Origin: Eledone cirrhosa
Taxonomy: Eukaryota
Assembly: GCA_964016885.1 (NCBI GenBank)
Contig: OZ024740.1
Location: 59,768,001-59,832,000 of the forward strand
DNA: 64,000 nucleotides
Reading direction: 5' to 3'
Shown in pieces: positions 1-14,915 of the stretch. The translations under genes and the position numbers were made by a program. A model generated the notes under the pieces. It worked only from the letters and a program-made list of their open reading frames with translations, did not search any database and was not told the origin of the DNA. The number at the start of each line of letters is the position of its first letter. Position 1 is the first letter of the stretch.

Positions 1-215
1 ATGGTTTATGATTTAGGCACAAGGTCAACAATTTTAGTGGAAGGGGAAAGTCGATTAAATTGACCCCAGCGCGTAACTGGTACTTTATTTTACCGATCCC
101 ATAAAGATGAAAGGTAAAGATAATCTAGGCAGGATTTGAACTCAGAACGTAAAGGGGCGTAATTATGCTGCGAAGCATTGTGTCCAATGCTCTACTGATA
201 CTGCTAATCCACTAA
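1..215 (-). mobile_element. tRNA-derived SINE (Meta/Sauria-like central domain), truncated by window edge
   Basis: Reverse complement has the B-box gagttcaaatcc and the core cctttcatc...gataaaataaagtaccag shared with about 10 other copies in the window. Confidence 0.75.
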
Positions 216-576
216 TAAGAGTGCTTACCAATTGAAATGTTATCTTTCATGTAGTAATATGATTTCAAGGCAAGATTTAGATTTAAATTTCAGCACTTTA
301 ATAGCAGTGGTTTCTGGCATGTTGGTGCTACAATGGTTAGGAAGTGAGATCAATAGCAAAGCTGACTGCAAAGAAAGAGTTTAGAATGAATCATGATACT
401 TACCTAAAAAGAAATTGGCTTTGGAATCAAGTAAATAATTTAATAATGATAATAATCTTTAAAGTACCAGAGAATTAGATTCCATAAGATTTGGTTATTT
501 AAGAACCGAATTTAGTTTATTAGAAACTAACTTTTAAGTCTTTAGTTATATATAAAGTTTAATTTACATTGTTGTT

Positions 577-706
<130 letters not shown>

Positions 707-1550
707 TTAGATATAAGAAGGCTTCGTTTTATGTTCTATTTCATTGATGTCATCAACAATGTCTTCTCTCGTGACAAATTCCAGTATTTGGAACATAACC
801 AAAACTTTAATAAACTCATTAATGTCCATTGAATGGCCAAACCTTTGTCTTACACTCCTATTTAGTTTTAACTCTGGATATTCTCATTCTGAATCTATAG
901 AATACCCAACAAAAGACTGCACATTTTCCAAAAACATGTATTTAAAAGCAAAACAAATTTTAGAAACAAACAAGAAATTAGAACTGTTCACTGAGCTGTA
1001 GTATGCTTAAATAGAATAATAAAATAAATCAAATTAAATAGAATATGCTAATAATAAAATAATAAAGAATATGGTAATATGGTAGTAATAAAATCTGTGT
1101 TTTTTTACTGGGTACCCTATATACTTTTATGAGTCTTTATAACAAATGAAAGACTAAAAATCAATATTTTGGCTTGACACATGGCATTATAGAATCACTG
1201 TGATTAAGTAATTAAGATGCTGGAGTATTGGGAGATAATATGTAAATCTTACATCACATTTCACATCTACTTCATGCAGTTATTTACTGTAAGAAACTAC
1301 TCTTACTTATTATAGTTTATAAACCATACAACCATTCCCTAACCCCTTCATTACTATGTTTCTAATGACAGACACTAACTATGATTTCCATAGAATTTTT
1401 TTTAATAAGTGAGAATTTGAAGGTATGTAATAATATGACTAATTTTCTTATTTTCAAGCTGATTGTTCAGAGGACATACAATATATACTCAGAAATATGT
1501 GGCAAAAACAGAAAAAATAATCAATGATGAAATAGAGGGTAGAGTTATAT

Positions 1551-1764
1551 TTAACCCTTTAGCATTTACATTACTCTATATTTACTATTGTATTTTTGCA
1601 GTATTTGATATAGTCTCACATAATATCAAATCTACGAGATTTTGATATTTATTTGGAAAATAATAGCTTAACGTCAGTATGAGGGGCTAGTTATGGCTGG
1701 TTTGAACAGAAAGAGGTGAGAGAATTCAGGCCAGATATGGCTGGTTTAAATGCTAAAGGGTTAA
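1551..1764. mobile_element. piggyBac-type MITE
   Basis: TTAA-ccctttagcattta ... taaatgctaaaggg-TTAA: terminal inverted repeats with TTAA target duplication. Confidence 0.8.
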
Positions 1765-3186
1765 AGTTAATATTTTGCTTGATTTTCACTAACTTCATTA
1801 TCTACATTAAAAAGGCACCTAAATATCTAGAGTCACACATACAGAAACTTCTGGTAATGACAATATTTTTAAAACTGTTATCATCTTACATATAATGCAC
1901 ACATTTAGAAAATATACCTGAAAACTATGTAATTTTACAGAAATTGCAAGGAAAAAATTGAGGTGGAAGACAGTACACTGTAGTTGTGCACACGCACACA
2001 CGCATACACACCTTTGCTACGATAAATAAAAAAACTAACCAACATACTTTTATAAATATACTGAAACATTGACACTCACACACAGTCACACACATGCCCA
2101 TACATAAATATTTAATCATGCTTAAACAGTGACACACACACATACATTTACAAAGACTTATGATCACATAAATGTGAACAGATTACATATATATATTTTA
2201 CACACATGCATTTCATTCAATTTGTATGTTAAATAAAAATCTGTTGCTTTTTGTAGATAGCGGTAGTGGTGTCTTCTCAAAGGAAGTAAACAAAAATTCG
2301 AGAAACTTGTTGAAACTTTATAAAACAGATGAAATGGTTTAAAAAAATCATTATGGGATGGAGCTGTGAAAAGAAAGCTATACTCAAAACAACACTTAAG
2401 AACATTTTAGATATCAAAACTTCATAAAAATATTCTCCACTTATGGGAATTTAATGTTCTGATCAGCTTCCTTGGTTTATATAAAAGATTTTAAGTTTTG
2501 TCCATTTTCTGATATAAAATATGTAGGGAGAATCAGCTTATATTTGGATTGGTTTATGCATGAATATATACAGTAATTTAACAAAGGTTCCTACATAAAA
2601 TTACAATGGATGGTTTTATATAGATATTAACACTTTAAAACACATAGTTCCTGTATGACCAAGGCATGGCCAGCCGACAACAACAGGACAACCCGTCTAA
2701 CCCATGCTAGCGTGGAAGAACGGACGTAAAACGGTGATGATGATGATGAGTTCTATACCATAAAACCAGAGACAATTTTAAATGGTTTGGTATAATAAAA
2801 GGGTTAAAATACCTCTGAACTATCTCTGAACTATCTGGTTTTTTTAAAATGGAAACAATGAATGATGCAACTCAAACCACACTATAACTGATGATCTTGG
2901 CTGGAAATGGCTTTAATCATAGATAAAAGCTTCATAAAAGCAAGGATGGGGTAGAAGAGGTGGTTGCTTAACAACAACAACAACGGGTGTTTAATTTGCC
3001 AATTTGTGGTGTCTGTTCTGGCTATTTTTACTCTGAATTCAAATCCCATCGAGATCAACTTTCAGGATCGATAAAGTAAAGTACCAGTCAAGTGAGGTAT
3101 ATTTGTAAAAGCATTGGGCACTATGTTTTGTGGTGTTTCTTCTAGTTCTTTCTGTTCAAATCCCAGGCCTACTAGACTAACAGACT

Positions 3187-3384
3187 TACGAGAGTGGACT
3201 GAAAAGTTCATAGGCTGTCTATGAAGAAGTGATATTAGAGCTGTGAAATCTTGCATGCATTAATTTCAACTCTTCTTATCAATAACTGCATTGTTTCTTT
3301 TCAGGAACTATGTTGAAAAATAAACCTCATTTGGTCATTCCATGAGAGTATCTTGGTCAGCCGACTTTTCAGCTGACCCTCGTA
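3187..3384. mobile_element. Tc1/mariner-type MITE
   Basis: TA-cgagagtggactgaaaagt ... acttttcagctgaccctcg-TA imperfect TIRs with TA target duplication. Confidence 0.65.
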
Positions 3385-4075
3385 ATCTGTCAACCATAGC
3401 CTTGGGGTTTCTGTTGCAAGCATTCAGGCCAGGTCTCTGGTTTGAAGATACCTTCCTTCCAGCAGTCTCTCAGACTCAAAAAAAGGGTCATACATGAGCA
3501 CTGCAGGACTAAGCAGTAAAAAAAGGGCAATAGCAGCAGTAGCAGCAGCAATACATGTTCTGATAATTAGAGCAGATATCTAAATTTATAGAATCAGATA
3601 AAATATACAACTATTAAAAATATATATAAATAAACTCAAAAAAAACAAAAAAAAAACGAATTAAATAAAAAAAAAACACAGATAAAGTTTAAGTGAAGTC
3701 AATATACTCTAATTTTTATCAGTCAGTGTTTGAAAATAAACTATCAATAATTGTAAATATATTTATCTCATTCATTTCCCAATATCTTCTATTGAGCAAA
3801 TGTATGCAAGAAAAGCCACACTATTTTTGAATGAAATACAGTGAGCCAAAACTGAAATAGTAGAATAGCATAGTCAGCAGAGTGTGCCAAATAGTGACAA
3901 CAACCACACTGGGCAAAAGATTGATTACCGACTATCTTCCAGACACTGTTTGAAAGTTGCCTAACCAAATGATCGATACCTAATTAAAATAAAATCTAAT
4001 ATATTGCTGTATTGAACATAAAGCTTTCACTATTGGATTTAAGATAGTATGATTCTGCATGATTCTGTGCAAACA

Positions 4076-4155
<80 letters not shown>

Positions 4156-4669
4156 TTGCAAAATACATTATATATACATCCATATATATATATGTATATA
4201 TATATTCATATATATATATATATATTCATATATATATATATATATATATTCATATATATATATATTCATATATATATATATATTTAAACGATGATGATGA
4301 TGATGATGATGATATATATATATATATATATATATATAAACGGAAAAAATGAAACGAAATTTCATTTCTCACTCTTATAAATATACATATATATATATAT
4401 TCATATATATATATATGAATATATATATATATATATTCATATATATATATATATGAATATATATATAAATATTCATATATATATATATTCATATATATAT
4501 ATATTCATATATATATATATATTCATATATATATATATATTCATATATATATATATATGAATATATATATTCATATATATATATATATGAATATATATAT
4601 TCATATATATATATATGAACATATATATATATGTATGTATGTATATATATATGTATGTATGTATATATG

Positions 4670-4720
<51 letters not shown>

Positions 4721-4762
4721 ACGTGTCTGTTTCTATATGAAAGTGTATGTGAATATCTCTCT

Positions 4763-4818
<56 letters not shown>

Positions 4819-5220
4819 ATGTATATGTATTCATACATATACATAAAAATATTAAATATATACACATTTTTAAATATGCATGTGTGTGTGATTGTGTATG
4901 TGTGTGTGTTTTGTGTGCGTGTGTTGTGTGAGTGTAGTGTGTATGTGGTGTGTGTGTGAGAGTGTGTATGTGTGAGTGGTGTGTGTGAGTGTAGTGTGTA
5001 TGTGTGTGGTGTGAGTGTGTGTGGTGTGTGTGACTGTAGTGTGTATGTGAGTGGTGTGTGGTGTGAGTGGTGTGTGGTGTGTGTCGTGCGTGGTGTGTAT
5101 GTGAGAGTGTATGTGTGAGTGTAGTGTGTATGTGTGTATGGTGTGAGTGTGTGTGTGTGTGGTATGTGTGTGGTGTGAGGGTGTGTGTGAGTGTGAGTGT
5201 GTGAGTGGTGTGTGTGTATG
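4076..5220. repeat. Large compound microsatellite block (CT, TA, GAT, TG variants)
   Basis: Direct reading; explains the YI/HT low-complexity ORFs. Confidence 0.95.
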
Positions 5221-5289
5221 AGTTAATATGTGTTGGTTCTGGTGATAAATGTTCCAGTTGTTCAAACAATAAGACAGTCTGCTTGTGAA

Positions 5290-6250
5290 ATTAACATGCA
5301 AGTGGCAGAGCATTCCACAAGCACATATTCTTTGGATAATTCACAGGGAGATTCAGCATGACATAGTGGATGATAAAACTGAACCTTTGAATCACAGGTA
5401 CCATCATTTTTAGGTCTACTTCTCCATGTTTGAATGGGTTGAGCATGTACTCTTCAGCAAGTTCCTCCATCTGCCATGTTTCTTCATCATCTGCTCTGTA
5501 AGGTTCAGCATTCATAGATCAGCTCTCACCACTTCTGCTTACATCTCCCTCAATCTTCCACTTTTAGACCTTCCTTCCACTTGTAAATCCTGGTACTTCA
5601 TCCAATGATCATCCTTACTCATCACATGTTCACACCAGTGCAATCTTTTCTCTTGCACACTACATTTTTTTCTCCATCAACTCATCTGTGTTTTGTTGTT
5701 CATGCTCACTAAAATTACACATGCAGCAGAGCATGCTGGCTTAATTTCTTTCAAAGCTTTGCATATCCTCTGTATTGTGTCCATGTCACACTACCATGCA
5801 ATACCGCACATCATACACAGGCACCATATAATCTAGCCTTCACTTGAAAAGAGAATCCCTTTGTTACCAGCAGAGGTTGTAGCTGCCTGAACATTTTCCA
5901 CCCTATTTTTCCCCTGGTTACTCTACTTTTGGAGCACCCTAATTTTCTCACCTAGATAGCAAAAGCTAGCAACTATTTCCATGGAAGCTGGATGGGAAAG
6001 AGTTTATCTTATCCATGCTCTTACTGTTAAATACTTCTGTACATCTACCACACAAAATCTTTTTTTTTTCTGTAAATTTGCCTGTGATTATGCTATGTCT
6101 CTTGTGCATCGAAATTTACACAAAATACAATATCAGGAATATCTACCTACTCCTTTTCAGCAAATTGAGCATGGTCATTTCCCTGATGATAGCATGATCC
6201 TGTCTTCTTTCCTACATGCTAAGACTTTGATGTTTGTTAATTTACCCTAA
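5290..6250 (-). mobile_element. Degenerate RTE-clade LINE 3' fragment
   Basis: Minus strand shows decayed RTE C-terminal coding (CYLG, LHWCEHV, GRSKSG-like motifs); broken frames. Confidence 0.55.
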
Positions 6251-6319
6251 CACTTTTTATTTCTCTATATATGTATGTTACCCTAACACTTTTTATTTCT
6301 CTATATATGTTATATGTAT

Positions 6320-7400
6320 GTTATGAGGAACAGTCAAGCTAGATGAGATGCCGTTTGGTTTTATGCCATGAAGAGGTACTAGTGATGTTCTTTCACTTGT
6401 GAGACACCTACAAAAGAACTATTTAAGAATAAGTGTTTATACTTAGCATTAGTGTATCTGGAGAAGCACTTTGACATGGTTATCTGCTCTCTAATTTGCT
6501 GAGTGTGGAAGAATAGCTTATGAGGTCATTAAAGCTAAATGTAGAGAGTAAACCAGCAAGGTGAGAATTGACAATGAGTACAGTGATGAATTTCAAGTAT
6601 ACTGTAGATGGGGGATCCACTAGGGTTCAGTCCTCAGTCCACTTCTGTTTATCATGACAGAGGAGTTTAGGACTGGCTCTCTGTGGGGACTCCTGTATGC
6701 TAATGACCTGTGAAAGAATTAAAACCAAAATTCCAAACATAGAGGCAAAAACCTAGAATCGAAGTGCCTTAGAGTGGATTTAGTAAATATTAGAGTCTTA
6801 ATAAGTAGGAAAACAGACAGTACTCTGATATCATCTGAAGAAATGCCTTGTTTGATATGTTGAAAAGGGTTGAACAGAAATTGCATAAGGTGAATACAGT
6901 GCGATTTATGAATACATAAGCGTTGTAGTGGGATTAAAGGCAAGTTAATGGAGAAGGTGGTCTTTGTCTGCAACAGATGTACAGAAGAAATAAACACTAA
7001 GAGCACACATAAAATAGATTGCCTCAATTGCCAGGGAAGCTTCCTAGAAATTATTGACAGAAAGCTAGGATAAGAACAGACTAGTTTAGGGAACTCACAC
7101 CTCTGCTGAAAACAAAAGACTTTTCTCTGAGAGTGAGTGGTATGCATATGATGCTTACATGTGAACCGCAATGCTACATGGCAATGATACATGGGCCCTG
7201 ACTGCAGAAACTCTGAGAAAGATAGAAAAAAGATTGAGCGAACGTGTTCCAGCAGATGAACAAAATAGTAAAAGCAAAAAGCGAGAAAAATTTAGCATTA
7301 GAGGAATCTGATGTAGTGTGCAAAAAAGAAGATTGCACCGGTATAGATATGTGATGCAAAGAAACCTCAGTTAATAGGACCTGTGGTATTGGTAGACGAA
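6320..7400 (+). mobile_element. Degenerate RTE-clade LINE RT fragment
   Basis: Decayed RT motifs: tagggttcagtcctcagtccacttctgttt (xGSVLSPLLF) and ctcctgtatgctaatgacctg (LLYANDL, YADD-like). Confidence 0.65.
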
Positions 7401-7639
7401 GCAATGAAAGACGAAGCAATGAAAGTCGAAGCAATGAAAGATTGGTTAGCTCAGTTAGAGTGTTTTGCTAATGACACAGATGTTATGGGTTCAATCACAA
7501 TACTGACCAGCTTTCAGTTTTCTACTTTATTTTTATTTCCTTATAATTTCTGGTTTCTCCTCACCCCAAGCAGATAAATCTTTTGCCTTTTACTAAAGGT
7601 TTCCATGGGGAGGAACAATTTAATGAGTCTATAGACTTA

Positions 7640-7858
7640 GGGCAGTCGATTGGCAGTACTGATAGAGTGTTGGACAAAATACTTTGTGGCATAGAATTAT
7701 GGGCCTTTACATTCTGAGTTCAAATCCCTCCGAGGTTAATTTTGCCTTTCATCCTTACGGGGGTCGATAAAATAAAGCACCAGTAATGCACTGGGGTCAA
7801 TTTAATCAATTCCCCTCCTTTGAATTGCTGCCCTTGTGCCTAAAGAAGAAACAATTAT
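7640..7858 (+). mobile_element. tRNA-derived SINE
   Basis: B-box gagttcaaatccc and shared core. Confidence 0.8.
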
Positions 7859-10361
7859 TTAGGTGAACACATTTATGTTATAGGTTTGACACCTCCCACA
7901 GAAATCCCCTTTTTTTCTCATTATTTGAACATATAACAGAATTAGATTTTCTTTATTTTAAACATTAAGGTAAATACAGTCTGAATTAAATTACTAGTTA
8001 ACTATTTCTTTATTCTTCATTTATATTTTCTTTAAATCATTGAGTGTAGGGACACGAGTGTAGATAAAATGTCTTGTTTAAATGTATATATCTTATCACA
8101 TGAATGTCAAATGAATTTTGTCATTACATTAATAAATAAATACAAGAGACCAGTAACAGAGCATTTAGCTTAGTTGGACAGAGCGACTTACTTCATAATA
8201 CTTAACTGATCATAGGTGCAAACCATGAGTGCATTGGTTTTTGATAACATTGTTATTAGTTTTAGTTTCATTTATTATTTAAAGGTCTCTTTTTTGTTAT
8301 GTGTTTGAATCTCACTGAGATTGAATCTATCTTTGTTTTTATGTAAATATAAAGTATACTTTAATCTTTGCTTGAATCGGTAAACAAAATATATATTGTA
8401 TTAAAGTTCTCGTTAACTTTTTTGGTGGGTGAGTGATGGGGGATTTGTCAAACATTAAGAACTCCTTGAAAACAGTTTCACAATCTTTTATATTTTTCTA
8501 AATATTTATCTGTGCGTATATCACATCTTCTCTCCCATAATGCTTCAAGCATCTCTTCCTGCTATCTATTAAACTCCCATTTCATCTATCCCACTTTCTT
8601 TTATATGTAGTTATTGCTTGCTTCTCTGCTACCACCACAGAACTGAATCAATGAATTTTACAGCTCTACCTCTCACAGACACTTCTCTTTCTCCTATTAT
8701 TACCACATCTTACTTCCTTTCACCCACTTCTTTCTAGGTGTTTTATTTTTTGTCTTTCTTTCCTCTCATGCTTTTTGTCTTCCATTCTATCTCGTATACA
8801 TTCAATTTCTCCTTAAGTGTAAATCTGTATGTTTTGTTTCTCTAATATAATATTGCATTTGTATCATTTGCTACATAGGCACGAGGTTAGAAATGTTGGT
8901 AGAAGAGACAGTTGATTATATCAACTAGTATTTTATCAACTTGAAGAGGATGAAAGGCATTAATAATAACACAAAATAATAATAACACAAAAAATTGTTT
9001 TACAATTATAATGTCTACTCCACTGTTGTTCCTTCAATATCATTTTAACTTCTACTGATACTCCCTGTCTCATACTATTACATTTTACTTCAAATTACCT
9101 GCTTCTCTCCTTCTCTTTTATTCTTGCTCTTTTCTTTCTCTTACACACACTTTATATATCTCCTATTCTTTCAATTAATCTTAGCTGTTGATCTGTACTC
9201 TTCTGCCAGTCAAATTTGACATTCAGTGTTCATATTTGTGTCCCTTTTTACCTTGCAATTGCATTTCTATATATAGTTACATTTCTTCAATTTCTTTTCG
9301 ACTTAAAATTACTTTTGATTAATGATGTTTCCATCAATAACACTATGGAAAAGATGCCCCACACTTACAAAGACCTCGGCTGTCAAATGCAAGCAAGCTT
9401 TCAGTGAAGCAGAAACAGAGGAACAGTAATTTTCCTTTGCCTATGACCAATTTTATGTAGGATGCTCATGAGCTGGAAACTTCACCCTAAATCTCTTTAT
9501 TTTGTAAAACCAAAAACATTGTGCTTCTTGAGTTGCTGTCATGACAGTGTTCAGGATTCCTAAGTCTATGATGGATACAAATTAAATATCATAAAGCTGT
9601 GATTCATCACAATTCATTATTGTTTCAAATATTGTCTATGGCTAACTGCATTGTCATTTCAGGACACTCCGGTTTACATATGTTATAAGAATGATTTTAT
9701 TCCCAATGGTGGTTTACCTGTAGTTACTGCTAATATTTTTTTTTTTATTCTTTTAAATATTAAAATATTTCATGAAAAAAAAATTCAATAATAGTTTCAA
9801 ACAAATCAAAACTGTTTTCATTTTCACTTAATTCTGTTTGAATTGGTTATATGACATTTACATAATGTTTCTTTCTCTCTTATATCTATATATCATCATC
9901 ATTTCTGTTTAACATCAATTTTTCCATGCTTGCATGGGTTAGAGGAGTCGTCCATGCCGGGAGACAAGTCTGGCCAGCGTTGGCCATGTGTCACACCTTG
10001 CTCCGGCAAGTACTGAAATTTTGGCCAGGTATTTTACAGCTGGATGCCCTTCCTAACACTAGTATATTATATGAAGGTAGACAACCAGTTAGGGCATTGT
10101 AACTGGTAGATCTCGAAGTATCCTGAGGTAAGCACTCAACATCCTCAGGCATCCCAGATTACATCTGATGGTCCAAGTGAAGCATATAATATAACACCTT
10201 CCACCCACCGGATTGAGCACTTATTGATGTAACTGAAAGTGTGATGGATATTTCTTCACTCTAGCAACAGCTTGCAAACCCACAACCATGGATTTTTATT
10301 TTGCCTGTTTTCTATGTCCCATCACTGCCTTTTTGATAATATCATGATGATATATATTATT

Positions 10362-10645
10362 GTGGTAGATTGGCAGTATCGGTAGAGCATCAGACACCAT
10401 GCTTTGTAGCATAGAGTTATGGCCCTTTACATTCTGAGTTCAAATCCCGCTGTGGTTAACTTTGCCTTTCATCCTTACGGGGTTGATAAAATAAAGCACC
10501 AGTAATGCACTGGGGTCAATTTAATCAATTTTCCCCTCCCCCAAAATTACTGGCCTTGTGCCTAAAGTAGAAACAATTCGATAAAATAAAGTACCAGTAA
10601 TGCACTGGGTAATTGCTGGCCTTGTGCCAAAAGTAGAAACAATTA
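10362..10645 (+). mobile_element. tRNA-derived SINE with duplicated 3' tail
   Basis: Same family; the 3' segment gataaaataaagtaccag...gaaacaatt is repeated. Confidence 0.8.
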
Positions 10646-11093
10646 TTATTATTATTATGATATCTCAGTCATTGCTATTATTTAACCAGGAAATTTGCCC
10701 TAATGAACATCAAGCCACTACCTGCAGCCTCAGATATTCAGGACATATCAAAAGGTCCTTCTGGCATGCCTTCTGGAGTGTTCCAAAAAAAGGGGGCTGG
10801 GCTAATGTTCTTTAACCAGCCTTGGAAACTCTTCGAGATAGTACTTAGTGGAGATGACCTTGATCTCATGACAGTCCCAAATCCTTTTCAGTTTCTGCTT
10901 GAAATCCTAGTCAGTGGTGGCTCGTGGCTAAAATTAGTTGGGGTGGTGCTTTAGAAATGTTTTGCCATTGTTTTAATTTTGTGTAAAATGAAACAAAGAT
11001 ATAAAATGAAAATTTATACATAAACTTGATAAAATCCTAAACAAAAAAATGTTTTACTTACTAATAAATTGTTACAGTTCAAGCTTGATCCAT

Positions 11094-11414
11094 TCATTTA
11101 AAAATTAAATCCATTCTTCTTGTTTTACTTTGAGCGAAAAGGTTAATAATTTTCTCCTTGCTATCTGGATGACTATTGAGGAAATTTTTCTCTATTGAAA
11201 GAACAGCAAGTGCATTTAGTCTTTTAGGATTCATAGTGCTCCTTAGAAAAGTTTTTATTCTTTTCAGTGTGGAAAAGTAGCGTTCTGGCTTTGATATAAA
11301 CATGGGAATTGTCAAGAGGATTTTTATCATTTTCGTAATTTCACTAAAAACGCCATCTAGATTATTTTCAAAGATAAATTTCAGCAGCTCAGTTAATTTG
11401 CAATATTCATGCAT
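11094..11414 (-). pseudogene. hAT transposase C-terminal dimerisation domain fragment
   Basis: ILLTIPM...ERYFSTLKRIKTFLRSTMNPKRLNALAVLSIE. Confidence 0.85.
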
Positions 11415-12312
11415 ATTGGATCTTCAATAGAATACTTTTAGTTCAGTTCCTTTGCTTCTTCCATGAGTGTCTTTGAAGGATTCTCACAATACTATGGGTT
11501 TCTTATTTCTAAAATATCAGTTTTCAAATCTGTTATATATACACTAATTTCTCAAGATTGCATTTAGTGGTAAAATACTTCAACATGAGGCATAATCGGA
11601 TAAAAAAGCTCTAACCAAAATATGAAATTATCCTCATTCAAGTATTTTAAAATTCCTGTTGTTTTTGCAATGGTTTGATCTGCATTTAATGTTCACTGAA
11701 TTTCAGTAAAGCAGCTTTTTAAAGGTTGCATAAAGTTCTACCCTGTAGAGCAAAGATTCTCAACCCATTTCGTCGAAACGCCCCCTTTTGCCCCTCGAAA
11801 TCACGACCCCCCCCCCCCCCCCCCCCCCACACCACTCTATTTTTCCATTTTTAAATATACTACTGATTTTGATATAAATAGATTACTGGGCCAAATCAAG
11901 TTATGTTAGAATCTTTAAAAAATACTCTTACAAAATACAAAAAGTTTCAGTCCAAAACAAAAGCAAACTATTTCAAATTATATATTTTTGAAAAATAGAC
12001 GTGAATGTTCTCAAAGATTTGATCTCAGTCGAAAAAGCTTTTTATTTTTAAATTCTATATTTCACTGTTAGCTGTTGTAAAATTTTGAGTGGATAGACAA
12101 TTCTACAATTCAAACTGTAAAAAATACAAAAGATGCAAAATATGAAGAATTTCTTACCTTTCTCTGAAATCACAAATTCAGGGGGGAAATAATACCTTGC
12201 AAAATAAAATACCTCGTAGTAAAATAAAATACTTAGTAGCAACGAATGAATTGAGAAGCTTGGTGACAGTGAGAAAGCAATATCTGTATTTCTTATATAT
12301 ATACATAGATAG

Positions 12313-12363
<51 letters not shown>

Positions 12364-12571
12364 CACACACATATATATATATACATACACATACACAAAC
12401 TTGGTTTTGGTACAGAAATAATTTTGTCACCAATTTATATTGCCAAGTCAAAGGCCAAATAACAACGCCATATATATATATAAGTGAAGAGAGAAAGAGG
12501 GAGGGACAGAGAGAGTAAGAAATGTGTGTGTTTGTGTGTGTTTGGTACACGTCTATCTATCTATCTATCTA

Positions 12572-13536
12572 TGGCACCTCGAGTGCCTACAGGCGCTCAC
12601 AGCCCTCTACCAAACGGAAACGGCAATCAGCGGAGACTCCACTTCGACATTCTATAGGAGATTAGTGGAGGATAAGTGCGACGACGTTCTTGGGGAAACT
12701 CTAGGCATCGAAGAGGACGAACTGACCAGTCTGTTCGGGAGGACTTTCCGTCCAGGGCCTATGGATAACTTCCAGAGGTCTCTGGCCTGGCAGTGCTGCC
12801 GAGGAGCTCTACCAGTTCGAGACAAAATCTAAAGGTACGGACGCCCTGGCAGAGATCCTGCCAAAAGGACCTGTCCAAGATGCGAGCAGGACATCGAAAC
12901 CGTTCTGTACGCAATTCTTCAGTGCCCAGGAGTAACCGACCTGTGGAATTATGCCGAACAGCTGCTGTCACATGTGGGACGCATCCAGTTATCAGCCGAG
13001 TCCATCATGATGATCACCCCGCCGCTTTCATTTAAGAACGAAGGAGAGGCAGTTTCCCTCTGTCTGGTGGCTATGGCGAAAGAGGTAATATGGTGGACGA
13101 GGTTAAAAGGACTGAGAGCAAACACCTTTCTCTTCAGACAACAACTTATCCCCTTCTTTAAGTATCACTTCAGAAGGAAGGTGAGAGTGGAGAGAGAAGT
13201 GCTACACCCCAGTAAATTCGCTAAAAGGTGGGTGAATGTGGCGAAAATTGCCCGAGTGAATGGGCCTTCTCTGTATATAAACCTGTAGGTTGAGGAAGAT
13301 AAACAGAGGGAAGACAGGAACACCTACAAAACGTGTTCCTGGTGTTGAGGGCTGTTCTATCCACGGGGTGTAAAACAACCCTGCAGTAACGTTCCCCCCT
13401 ATTGGGGATTTCAATTGTTATTTTATTATATACAGTTTATTGTTATTTATTAATTTTAAAGTTATTTTTATGTAAAACCCCGCCGTCACGTCTTGTAATG
13501 TCCCATTTTTGTACTCCCCTGTGGCAAATAAAGAAA
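12572..13536 (+). mobile_element. Tx1/L1-clade LINE 3' fragment (zf-RVT/CCHC region and 3'UTR)
   Basis: WQCCRGALPVRDKI...TCPRCEQDIETVLYAILQCP; ends ggcaaataaagaaa; flanked on both sides by (TATC)n. Confidence 0.75.
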
Positions 13537-13563
13537 GATATCTATCAATCTATCTATCTCCAA

Positions 13564-13968
13564 CAGGGGGCTCAAATATGCGGCCCGCGAACTACTTTTC
13601 TGTGGCCTGTGGTAGAACCAATATTTCATATTGCATTATAACTGGTGAAAATAAGGCGGTGAGCTGGTGGAATCGTTAGCACATCTGGCGACATGTTTAA
13701 TGGTACTTCTTCTGTTTTTACGTTCTGAGTTCAAATTCCGCCGATCTCAACTTTGCCTTTCATCCTTTTGGGGTCAATGAATTAAGTACCAGTTGTGTAC
13801 TAGGATCGATGTAATCGACTGAACCCTAAACTCCAAATTTCATGCCGTGTTCGTACAGTAGAAATGATTATAACTGGTGAAAATCTTCACCCACCACCAC
13901 GTTTGGCCCACTGTGCCTCTCCTCCAGGACGTAATGGCCCTTTTGCGTCCTTGAGTTTGAGACCCCTC
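13564..13968. mobile_element. hAT (Charlie-like) MITE interrupted by a SINE
   Basis: Ends cagggggctcaaa / tttgagacccctc; internal gcggcccgc motif. Confidence 0.6.
13653..13866 (+). mobile_element. tRNA-derived SINE with 18-bp TSD
   Basis: attataactggtgaaaat duplicated at 13635-13652 and 13867-13884. Confidence 0.9.
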
Positions 13969-14139
13969 TTCTACACATACACACACACACACACACAGAT
14001 ATATACTTTACTTTTTTTCTGTCTTTGGACTACGCCCATGCTGGAGCATCAACTTGGTAAGTTATGGGGACGTCAACAAACCAACAAGCATTGGTGGGAG
14101 AGCAAACACAAACGCAAAGACACACACAGACATATATAC

Positions 14140-14759
14140 ATATATACGACGGAAAAAATGAAACGAAATTTCATTTCCCACTCTTAGTACGGCTGTTACT
14201 TAAATATAAGTATGTACACGTACATACATATATGTATACAGACGTACAGTAGTATGTATATATATATACATACATGCACACATATATATATGTACGTATG
14301 GATTCACCGAACATTTATTATAATGCTCGATGTGTTTGTAAACAAACATCCCGTATTAAGCCGTAGTGTCTAGCAACCATCGTTGCTCGTTTACTCAACA
14401 CTGACAAAGGAACGCTGTACTAGTGTCAAGCTTATTAGCTATCGTCAGCAACGTATACCTTCCTGCCAGATTGTTGAACGTATATACTTACCTTATACAT
14501 ATTAACGGCTGAGTAGCCCAATTTGCATAAGTTAATAAGCTTGAAACTAGTACAGCGTTCCTTTGTCAGTGTTGAGCAAACGAGCAACGTTGGTTGCTAG
14601 ACACTACGGCTTAATACGGGATGTTTGTTTACAAACACATCGAGCATTATAATAAATGTTCGGTGAATCCATACGTACATATATATATGTGTGCATGTAT
14701 GTATATATATATACATATTACTGTACGTCTGTATACATATATGTATGTACGTGTACATA

Positions 14760-14766
<7 letters not shown>
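14140..14766 (-). mobile_element. Penelope-type terminal repeat (family D) with inverted partial copy 14533-14766
   Basis: About 230-bp inverted duplication; related copies at 26330-26575, 52740-53220 and 4340-4378; contains an HHR. Confidence 0.7.
14412..14454 (-). ncRNA. Type I hammerhead ribozyme, core-mutated (GACA for GAAA)
   Basis: acgttg CTGACGA t-agct-aata-agct-t GACA ctag TA cagcgt. Confidence 0.75.
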
Positions 14767-14808
<42 letters not shown>

Positions 14809-14821
14809 ATAATATATATAT

Positions 14822-14915
<94 letters not shown>

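Noticed and set aside
7700-7740. tRNA genes at gagttcaaatccc motifs
   Set aside because: These are SINE heads; no cloverleaf
7860-9900. Possible host exon in the repeat-poor stretch
   Set aside because: No ORF with recognisable homology or convincing splice pair; small exons cannot be excluded without RNA-seq
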